From assembly GCA_964610025.1 (NCBI GenBank), contig CAZSTX010000002.1, positions 2,752-66,751 on the forward strand: 64,000 nucleotides of DNA, given 5' to 3'. Positions 57,618 through 64,000 of the stretch are shown here, piece by piece. A program made the position numbers and the translations under genes. Below the pieces are notes generated by a model. That model was not told where the DNA came from, made no database searches, and saw only the letters and a list, made by a program, of their open reading frames with translations. The stretch is from an uncultured Lentimicrobiaceae bacterium (GTDB lineage: Bacteria > Bacteroidota > Bacteroidia > Bacteroidales > WCHB1-69). Position 1 is the stretch's first letter. Every line of letters begins with the position of its first letter.

Positions 57618-59690
57618 TTATTGTTTAATAAATTTCTTAGTAATATTACCTGTATTGGTATTAATATTGATAAAATACATTCCTTTTGCTAAATCACTAA
57701 CATCTATTGTTATAATAGGTGTCTTGATATAATAATGCTTTAATTGTTTTCCCATATAATCGTACAAGCTTATACGATTTACTTTATAGTGTTCTAAGTC
57801 GATTATTAATTTATCTGTAGCAGGATTAGGATATAATATTATTTGATTTTCAAAATCTTCCTTATCGTATACTCCTATTATTCCCGAAGTATAGTTTAAT
57901 TCCCATCCATCAAAAGTATTTTTTTCGTCTGTTTTAAAAGAAAAGAACAGAAAATTGGAGTTAAATGTGAAAGTAGTATCTCCTATATTGCCCGAAAGGC
58001 TTACTAATAAATCTTTTTGACTAGAACTATAATCGTAAATATACAATATATCTTTTTCCTTTTCAGTTTCAAATTTTGTAAAATTCAATGTAATAGAAGT
58101 AACTCCATTTATTTTTAGTTGTTTTTTACATTCTGTAAAGTTATTATATCTTTTATTTCCACTTCCATCTTCTATTTTTCCCGATTTAGCGGTTACTATT
58201 TGTAGTGGGCTACAGTAAATAGGAATAGTTGTAATATAATATGCATAAAATCCATCTTTTGTTGAGGCGTTTTGAGAAGTAAAGCGTACTGTTATTTCTG
58301 TTCCTATTACAACTAATTTCATATCTGCCGAATCGTTAGTAATAATAATGTCTTCTCCATTTTTATCGTTAGAAGTAATGAATAAAGTGTCGTTTTCAGC
58401 GATTTGATATTGGATGTAAAAGTCTATTTTTTGAATACTATCTAAATCAGGGATAATTTTCCATGTATAATCCATATTATTGCTATAGTTATAAATTCTC
58501 CCACTTCCGTCTTCAAACGACCCAGCCTCTGCTGTAAGTATTGTTTCGCCAACAATTGTTTTATTGTCAGGGTAGACATATAAAGATGTGTCAGGATAAG
58601 CATTAATAATAATTTCTTGAGCTAAATTAAAATTATTTCCTCCCGGACTTAAAGTATTGGTGTAGAAATATCCATCCATATATCCATCCCATCCAAAATT
58701 GAAATGATAATAATAATTAGAGTCAATATGTTGATAACCATCGCAAATAAATCCATGTCCATTTGTGTCGGGGACACTCCATCCTGCATAATAAAGCGGG
58801 ATTTTTTGATTTAAATGTGATACTATAATACTATCCCAATTTTGGGTAGTTGTATCTCTGAAAACATATTCAGTTGTTGGTGAATATCTAAAATAAGTGC
58901 GTAAGGCATAAGCCGCTTTGTGATTATACATTCCCGAAGATTTTGGTCCATAAACCATATCAACGGCGACACCACAATGGTGTATTAATAAAGATGCTGC
59001 AGCATTAATAGTATTGGGGATATCGGTCATTGCTGCATAATCGTATAATGCTGCACTAAAGTCGGCTTCTATTGTATTATAAACATCGTGATTATAAGAA
59101 TATGCTCCTATGCCTGTTGTTGGGAAACGAAAATAATACATTAATTGCGCCATAGCTGTTGCTACACAGCCTGTTACAGCACGACCATTGGTGCCCATTT
59201 CATCTTTTGGACAAAAATAATTATAATTAGCTCCTTGTCCCCATTTAGAGGTTAACAAAGGAGAAATAAACTCAATATCATTTTCAAAATCTTTTTGATT
59301 TTTCAATAATTTATTCCACAATTGAATGTTTTTATTTGATATTTTTTCAGGAGATGATTTTAATAATTGGATTTGATTTTTATAATGTTCTAACCACATT
59401 TCTACTGGTGGAATTATATTGTCTGTTTCAAAAATATTTTTTTCTGAAAAAGCCAATATGGGTACGGAGCGTTTATCGGCTGCTATTATTACAAAACCTT
59501 TTGTTGCATTGAATACGTAAAAGAGTGTATCTCTTTTATCTTTAGCAATATAAGAGCATGTTTTTGTTGATTTTTGTTGTTTTGAAAAAAAATTTTGTGC
59601 TACTTTTTGAGCTTCATTGTAGGTAATTTGTTGTGAATTTATCGTATGTATTACCAACAAAATAGAAAATAGAATGAATAACCTTTTCAT
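57618..59690 (-). CDS. C10 (streptopain/SpeB-like) family cysteine peptidase with Spi-type propeptide, two CUB-like modules and T9SS C-terminal sorting domain
   Basis: Signal peptide and propeptide-like ITYNEAQKVAQNFF. Catalytic Cys block LLTSKWGQGANYNYFCP...TGCVATAMAQLMYYF and His block GHGFICDGY. Two repeats of G(S/K)(F/I)EDGSG...Y.N. T9SS tail ILYPNPATDKLIIDL...GMYFININTNTGNITKKFIKQ. Confidence 0.85.
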   Translation of the reverse strand: MKRLFILFSILLVIHTINSQQITYNEAQKVAQNFFSKQQKSTKTCSYIAKDKRDTLFYVFNATKGFVIIAADKRSVPILAFSEKNIFETDNIIPPVEMWLEHYKNQIQLLKSSPEKISNKNIQLWNKLLKNQKDFENDIEFISPLLTSKWGQGANYNYFCPKDEMGTNGRAVTGCVATAMAQLMYYFRFPTTGIGAYSYNHDVYNTIEADFSAALYDYAAMTDIPNTINAAASLLIHHCGVAVDMVYGPKSSGMYNHKAAYALRTYFRYSPTTEYVFRDTTTQNWDSIIVSHLNQKIPLYYAGWSVPDTNGHGFICDGYQHIDSNYYYHFNFGWDGYMDGYFYTNTLSPGGNNFNLAQEIIINAYPDTSLYVYPDNKTIVGETILTAEAGSFEDGSGRIYNYSNNMDYTWKIIPDLDSIQKIDFYIQYQIAENDTLFITSNDKNGEDIIITNDSADMKLVVIGTEITVRFTSQNASTKDGFYAYYITTIPIYCSPLQIVTAKSGKIEDGSGNKRYNNFTECKKQLKINGVTSITLNFTKFETEKEKDILYIYDYSSSQKDLLVSLSGNIGDTTFTFNSNFLFFSFKTDEKNTFDGWELNYTSGIIGVYDKEDFENQIILYPNPATDKLIIDLEHYKVNRISLYDYMGKQLKHYYIKTPIITIDVSDLAKGMYFININTNTGNITKKFIKQ

Positions 59691-59720
59691 TATTATAATA
59701 ATTTAACTTTTTATGAAATG

Positions 59721-59728
59721 CAAAAATA
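59721..59728 (-). promoter_or_regulatory. Putative -7 box (TATTTTTG) for the C10 peptidase gene
   Basis: Minus-strand TATTTTTG, 31 nt upstream of ATG 59690. Confidence 0.4.
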
Positions 59729-59774
59729 ATAAATAAATCAAAAGAAACTATTGATTATTTATAAGTAACGTATT

Positions 59775-60635
59775 TTATTGAGTAATTTTACGATAAATTG
59801 CTTCTATTCTTGTTGCTATTTCTGAGTTTTTTGCATATTCAATAATGCTTTTACAATTTACCATTGCATTAACTATTTGTATATCAAATGGCAACTCTCC
59901 AACTACTGGAATGTTTTGTTCTTTACACCAATTTGATATATTTTGAGTCATTGCAAGATTTAAATCATATTTATTAATAATAACCCATATTTTTAATCGA
60001 AATTTCGATGTAAATTCTACTGCTCGTTGCAAATCGTATAATCCTGAAAGTGTAGGTTCGGTAACTATCACAACATGGTCTACTCCCGTTATACTTGAAA
60101 TAATAGGGCAGCCTATTCCAGGAGAACCATCAATTATTATTGTTTGCAATCGATTTTCTTTTAAAATTTCTTTTGCTTTTGTTCTTATAATATTCACTAA
60201 TTTTCCTGAATTTTCTTCACCTGGTGCTAATTTACCATATACCATTTTGCCATTACGAAAACTCCCTGTAAACATTCTACTTTTATCATTATCAATCATT
60301 TCTATAGCTCCTATAGGACATACTCGCGAACATAATTTACACCCATCGCAAGAGATTTCAGAAATGACAACTTTATTGTTTATTGATTCAATGGCATCGA
60401 ATCGGCAATAGTTAATACATAATTTGCAATTGTTACAAATTGTATCATCTATCTTTGCAATTTGTTTGCCAATAAAAACTTCTTCTTCTTCAATGATTGG
60501 ATTAAACAAAATGTCTAAGTTAGCTGCATCGACATCACAGTCGGCTAAAACTACTTTTTCGGATAAGGTCGCAAAAGCTGCACTGATGCTACTCTTCCCT
60601 GTTCCTCCTTTTCCACTAATGATTGCTATTTCCAT
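59775..60635 (-). CDS. MinD/ParA-superfamily P-loop ATPase with inserted 2x[4Fe-4S] ferredoxin domain (copy 2)
   Basis: Deviant Walker A SGKGGTGKSS. Two Cys clusters CNNCKLCINYC and CDGCKLCSRVC. Conserved GSPGIGCP. Its start overlaps copy 1 by 20 nt. Confidence 0.85.
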   Translation of the reverse strand: MEIAIISGKGGTGKSSISAAFATLSEKVVLADCDVDAANLDILFNPIIEEEEVFIGKQIAKIDDTICNNCKLCINYCRFDAIESINNKVVISEISCDGCKLCSRVCPIGAIEMIDNDKSRMFTGSFRNGKMVYGKLAPGEENSGKLVNIIRTKAKEILKENRLQTIIIDGSPGIGCPIISSITGVDHVVIVTEPTLSGLYDLQRAVEFTSKFRLKIWVIINKYDLNLAMTQNISNWCKEQNIPVVGELPFDIQIVNAMVNCKSIIEYAKNSEIATRIEAIYRKITQ

Positions 60636-61500
60636 ATTGCTTATTTATTGAGTGAAACATTTTGATAAATTTAGTTTGTAATTCAGGATAGTAATGATTA
60701 ATTAGTTCCCCTTTTGAATAATGAAAAGCGATTGTTTTGTCGAATGGAATTTCCATTAATAATTGAATGTTATTTTGTTTGAGATATTGATAAATTGTGC
60801 TGTCTCCTATTCCAGCACGATTAATAATTACTCCATAATCTTTATTCATTGTTTTTAATGTCGCTATTGATTGCTTTAAATCACTCATACCAAAGGGTGT
60901 AGACTCGGCAACCAATATAACATAATCTGCTGCTGCCACAGTTTGAATAAATGGACAAGAAGTGCCTGGGGGAGAATCGAAGATGACGATTTTTTTGTCA
61001 AAAGCTTCTTTTATTCCTGCATTAATAACTGCAACGGGTGCAAGGGTTCCTACTTTAATGCGTGATTCTATAATAGAAGCTTGTTTTGATATTGCATATG
61101 TTGTAACATTTCCTATAACGATATCTTTTTCTGTAATTGCATTATAGGCACATGCATATAAGCAAGCTCCACAATCATGGCACAATTCTTCAACTACTTT
61201 TATAAATTTTAAAGATGGCTGTATTACAATTGCATTATAATTGCAATATTCGTGACATTTTCCACAAAAAGTGCATTTATTTTCATCTATGACAGGTATT
61301 TTTTGTTGAATTTCAGTTGATTTTTCTTTTGTCCCTTTAAAAAAAATCATTGTATTGGGTTCTTCTGCATCACAATCTACTAACACTAATTGTTGATTTA
61401 GCTGTAGTAAAGCATAAAATAGATTGGTAGCAACTAATGTTTTTCCTGTTCCTCCTTTTCCACTTGCTATAGCTATTTTAATTTTTTTCAATTCAACCAT
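60616..61500 (-). CDS. MinD/ParA-superfamily P-loop ATPase with inserted 2x[4Fe-4S] ferredoxin domain (copy 1)
   Basis: Deviant Walker A SGKGGTGKT. Cys clusters CTFCGKCHEYC and CHDCGACLYAC. Conserved SPPGTSCP. Confidence 0.85.
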   Translation of the reverse strand: MVELKKIKIAIASGKGGTGKTLVATNLFYALLQLNQQLVLVDCDAEEPNTMIFFKGTKEKSTEIQQKIPVIDENKCTFCGKCHEYCNYNAIVIQPSLKFIKVVEELCHDCGACLYACAYNAITEKDIVIGNVTTYAISKQASIIESRIKVGTLAPVAVINAGIKEAFDKKIVIFDSPPGTSCPFIQTVAAADYVILVAESTPFGMSDLKQSIATLKTMNKDYGVIINRAGIGDSTIYQYLKQNNIQLLMEIPFDKTIAFHYSKGELINHYYPELQTKFIKMFHSINKQYGNSNH

Positions 61501-61507
61501 ATTTATT

Positions 61508-62374
61508 TTATTTTTTGTTATATACTATAAAACTACCTTTTTGCACTTTGAGTTTTTCGGCTATGACATCGCATTTTGTCATCAATAAGAAAAAAAGTCT
61601 TGCATCATTTTCATCCATCAATCCTTCGTAGTTACCTTGCCCTTTCGATATGATTAAATCGGCACGAGCATATATTTCAAGAAATTCTTTACTGCACTGA
61701 CTTAATATAGTTGATGGTCCATTAAATCCATTAGATACAATTTTGGCTGTTTTTTCTAATCCAACTTCTTTGGCTTCTTTTAATGTAACATCGTTTAGAA
61801 TAGGAGCATTGCGAACTGCAAAAATTACTTTTTGAGGCATAACTGTTTCTATAAAAAGTTTATCAAAAACGATTTCTCCTGCATTATCGCCTAAATATAA
61901 TATTTTTTTTGCTTTTTTTATTTTTTGATAAAGCAGCTGTGAGTTATCTATTGCAAATGATGTTTTTAACACTTTATTGATAGTCTCTTGAATGTCAAAA
62001 TTATTACTTGCGGCATAATCCATAATATTGCCTGCAATAGCTAATCGTAATGCCATATCAAAAGGATTTTTAGCACTCAACACTTGTGGTTGATATTTTT
62101 CATATAAGTGCAATCCTATTGCATTGCTATTCTTTTTTTCTTCGTCAAAAGGGTCGAATGTGCCTACTAATTCATAGAATTTATAATGCAGTTTTTTTTG
62201 GATATCCAATCTATTTTGATGTTTTTCTATAACTGTATCAAAATAGGCTAAAAAAATATGTTGTGTTTCAGATGAAACGTTAAATTTTTTGAATAGTCGC
62301 CGATATGTTTTTAAAAAACATGCACTACATCTCTTGTCTATTATATTGTTAACAACATAATTGTTTTTATTCAT
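61508..62374 (-). CDS. DUF89 / ARMT1-like (damage-control phosphatase family) protein
   Basis: 288 aa. N-terminal C..C (CSACFLKTYRR), central GDNAGEIVFD and C-terminal ISKGQGNYE blocks are characteristic of DUF89 metal-dependent phosphatases. TAATG start/stop overlap with the upstream NifX-like gene. Confidence 0.75.
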   Translation of the reverse strand: MNKNNYVVNNIIDKRCSACFLKTYRRLFKKFNVSSETQHIFLAYFDTVIEKHQNRLDIQKKLHYKFYELVGTFDPFDEEKKNSNAIGLHLYEKYQPQVLSAKNPFDMALRLAIAGNIMDYAASNNFDIQETINKVLKTSFAIDNSQLLYQKIKKAKKILYLGDNAGEIVFDKLFIETVMPQKVIFAVRNAPILNDVTLKEAKEVGLEKTAKIVSNGFNGPSTILSQCSKEFLEIYARADLIISKGQGNYEGLMDENDARLFFLLMTKCDVIAEKLKVQKGSFIVYNKK

Positions 62375-62712
62375 TAATGATTACAATAGTTGGCGTTAAG
62401 CATTAATTTATTGTCTAAAAAATCGCGGACAAGTTCTTCCGAAGTTTTTATCGGAGCACCTACAAAAACATTAATTTTTTGTTGATTGAAAAGGGTAATT
62501 GCTTTTTGTCCCATTCCACCAGCTATAACATCGGTTGTCCCAAATTCAGCTACCCATTTAGGATATAATCCGGGTTCGTGCTGTGGGGGAATTATTTCTT
62601 TTATTTGAGTAATATTATTGTTATCTACATGTATAATTTCAAATGATTGACAATGCCCAAAATGAGCACATAATTTTCCATTTTCTAATGGTATTGCTAT
62701 TATTTTTTTCAT
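62374..62712 (-). CDS. NifX/NifB-C-terminal-like (dinitrogenase FeMo-cofactor-binding fold) protein, type B
   Basis: MKKIIAIPLENGKLCAHFGHCQSF...PPQHEPGLYPKWVAE...VIAGGMGQKAITLF...NYCNH matches the small NifX-like proteins of anaerobes. Confidence 0.8.
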   Translation of the reverse strand: MKKIIAIPLENGKLCAHFGHCQSFEIIHVDNNNITQIKEIIPPQHEPGLYPKWVAEFGTTDVIAGGMGQKAITLFNQQKINVFVGAPIKTSEELVRDFLDNKLMLNANYCNH

Positions 62713-62751
62713 ACTATAAAAATTACTAATTTAAATTATAAGATTTTTTAA

Positions 62752-62781
62752 AACAACGAGAGAATTAACTCTCTCGTTGTT
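62752..62781 (-). promoter_or_regulatory. Perfect 12-bp intercistronic stem-loop immediately after the DUF5320 stop codon
   Basis: AACAACGAGAGA (62752-62763) pairs with TCTCTCGTTGTT (62770-62781) around a 6-nt loop. On the coding (minus) strand only TT then A6 follow, so it is not a canonical terminator. Confidence 0.6.
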
Positions 62782-62787
62782 ATGATT

Positions 62788-63021
62788 TTATCTTCTTCCG
62801 AAGCCAGGTCTTCCCATTCCAAACCCTCTACCACATCTATTGCTTCTAAAGCCGAACTCTCTTCTTGCTCCAAATCCTCTTCCCATAAAGTTTCTTGCTT
62901 CACTTCTTTCATTTTCAGCAAATTGTGTAGTGTTGTTTAAGTTTGAGGTAGAACAATCTCCCATCTTTCTACCTGTCATAGGACCTTGTCCAGATGGACC
63001 TGTTTGATCAAATCGTGGCAT
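62788..63021 (-). CDS. DUF5320-family small Gly/Arg/Phe-rich protein
   Basis: MPRFDQTGPSGQGPMTGRKMGDC N-terminus (family hallmark MPR.D.TGP.G.GP.TGR..G.C) and an RGFG-repeat tail (GRGFGARREFGFRSNRCGRGFGMGRPGFGRR). Confidence 0.75.
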   Translation of the reverse strand: MPRFDQTGPSGQGPMTGRKMGDCSTSNLNNTTQFAENERSEARNFMGRGFGARREFGFRSNRCGRGFGMGRPGFGRR

Positions 63022-63026
63022 ATGAT

Positions 63027-63033
63027 ACCTCCT
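63027..63033 (-). promoter_or_regulatory. Canonical Shine-Dalgarno sequence (AGGAGGT) for the DUF5320 gene
   Basis: Minus strand reads AAAAAAGGAGGTATCATATG. That is a 7-nt perfect complement to the 16S anti-SD with a 5-nt spacer to the ATG. Confidence 0.6.
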
Positions 63034-63057
63034 TTTTTAAATTATTATAAACTTTTT

Positions 63058-63378
63058 TTATTTTTTTTCTAATTTTTCTATAATATCTTTTATTTTTTGT
63101 TCAGGTTCCTTAAGTATAATCATTTGTATTTTAAGACTGTCAAATAAAGATTTGATTTTCATTCCAAATTCACCCGAAATAACTTTACTTACATTACGTG
63201 AAGCTACTAATTGCACTGATGCAGGACCTGCTCCATCTTCAACGTTCTTATTTGGATTTGGGACAATTTCTATTGCTTTGCTTTCTAAATCGTAAAAAAC
63301 AAAATAAGCACAACGACCAAAACGAGGGTCGATGTTTGATTCTAATGAATTTCCTGTTGATGTTATTGCTACTTTCAT
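63058..63378 (-). CDS. NifX/MTH1175-like (dinitrogenase FeMo-cofactor-binding fold) protein, type A
   Basis: MKVAITSTGNSLESNIDPRFGRCAYFVFYD...DGAGPASVQLVASRNVSKVISGEFG matches the MTH1175-like subgroup of the NifX/NafY/orange-protein fold. Confidence 0.8.
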   Translation of the reverse strand: MKVAITSTGNSLESNIDPRFGRCAYFVFYDLESKAIEIVPNPNKNVEDGAGPASVQLVASRNVSKVISGEFGMKIKSLFDSLKIQMIILKEPEQKIKDIIEKLEKK

Positions 63379-63384
63379 ATTTTT

Positions 63385-63879
63385 TTATTTTTTATGTAAT
63401 TTTCCGTGTTTATGTCCTCTGCCTATTTTTTCTTGATATTGATTAAATTCTTTTTCTATATCTACTTGCTGACAGGCTATTACTTCTTTGTTTTTACACA
63501 AAGGACAATATATGTTTTCTGATTCTTCTTCAATACTATTGAAATAACAATTGCATTTTTTGCAATAAAACCAATTGCTATCAAAATAAACCTTTCCTCC
63601 ATCTATTGTTATTGGTCTTCCTTCGACAAAAGCTTGTGCAATTTTTTGCAATGCAGAAGCATATATTCTTGTGAAAGTTGGTCTTGACACGCACATCACA
63701 ATAGATGCTTGATGATGATTTAGCAGGTTGTAATCGCTTAAACGTATAGCTTCGTATTCTTCATATAGCATATTAATGGGTGTAGCCTCCTTGTTTTCTA
63801 AATCTTTCCCATAAGGTTTAAATCCTTTAACTTTCGGTATATCAGATATTTTTCTTAATATTCTAACTCTTGTTGTCAT
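63385..63879 (-). CDS. DUF134 (UPF0251) putative DNA-binding protein with added C-terminal CxxC...CxxC zinc ribbon and basic His/Lys tail
   Basis: FKPYG...LYEEYEAIRLSDYNLLNHHQASIVMCVSRPTFTRIYASALQKIAQAFVEG is the DUF134 sigma-70 region-4-like HTH core. CKKC...CPLC follows. The start is set at ATG 63879 because ATG 63903 lies 2 nt after the -7 box. Confidence 0.75.
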   Translation of the reverse strand: MTTRVRILRKISDIPKVKGFKPYGKDLENKEATPINMLYEEYEAIRLSDYNLLNHHQASIVMCVSRPTFTRIYASALQKIAQAFVEGRPITIDGGKVYFDSNWFYCKKCNCYFNSIEEESENIYCPLCKNKEVIACQQVDIEKEFNQYQEKIGRGHKHGKLHKK

Positions 63880-63905
63880 AAATTTTAATGAACTATTGTT
63901 CATTG

Positions 63906-63913
63906 CAAAAGTA
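63906..63913 (-). promoter_or_regulatory. Putative -7 box (TACTTTTG) for the seven-gene orp-like cluster
   Basis: Minus-strand TACTTTTG, 26 nt upstream of ATG 63879. Confidence 0.5.
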
Positions 63914-64000
63914 ATAAACTATTGTTTAATATGCAAGCGTTAAATAAAAAAAATAAAAAAAAATTATTTTACTATTTCGGCAACCGTAAAAGCGCTTCCT

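Noticed and set aside
62374-63378. NifX-like genes as evidence of nitrogen fixation
   Set aside because: No nifH/D/K/E/N/B genes are present. These small stand-alone NifX-fold proteins are widespread in non-diazotrophic anaerobes, so only the fold, not the pathway, is implied.
63964-64000. Twelve open codons on the minus strand (GSAFTVAEIVK, then stop) at the window edge
   Set aside because: Probably the 3' end of an upstream minus-strand gene, but 37 nt is too short to call or name.
1-64000. CRISPR arrays, tRNA/rRNA genes, prophage or integron structures
   Set aside because: I examined every intergenic region longer than about 60 nt. The only GC-rich structured islands are rnpB and ffs. 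No spaced direct repeats, cloverleaf-compatible segments or integrase genes were found.

Overview
Low-GC chromosomal segment (roughly 30% G+C by eye, not computed) from a Bacteroidota, Bacteroidia-like anaerobe. Phylum-level signals: two secreted proteins end in type IX secretion (T9SS) C-terminal sorting domains, TAnnTTTG -7 promoter boxes precede most transcription units, and the str/S10/spc/alpha ribosomal-protein superoperon (38.3-56.4 kb, rpsL to rplQ) lacks tuf and adk, as is normal for the phylum. Most of the window is housekeeping: surE operon, ileS, membrane pyrophosphatase, M16 peptidase, OmpR-type response regulator, tsaC, wecB, cvpA, mlaFE/mlaD, an LptD-like barrel, an amidase, recF, folB, gyrB, metG, ccsBA-like cytochrome c maturation genes, coaE, a CCA-adding-family enzyme and prs. 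Two structured RNA genes absent from the ORF track were read directly from the sequence: RNase P RNA (16187-16548, minus) and SRP/4.5S RNA (17191-17287, minus). They tightly bracket tsaC. Accessory content is limited to a graveyard of two decayed insertion sequences (6.4-7.4 kb), two T9SS cargo proteins (one a C10/streptopain-family cysteine peptidase), and the most interesting part, a compact seven-gene minus-strand cluster at 59.8-63.9 kb. That cluster encodes a DUF134 putative regulator, a NifX-like protein, DUF5320, a second NifX-like protein, DUF89, and two MinD-type ATPases with 2x[4Fe-4S] inserts. It resembles the anaerobe-specific orange-protein (orp) cluster of Desulfovibrio and has no established biochemical function. 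No CRISPR array, tRNA, rRNA, prophage or recognisable defence system was seen. All family assignments rest on motif recognition by eye, with no searches run.
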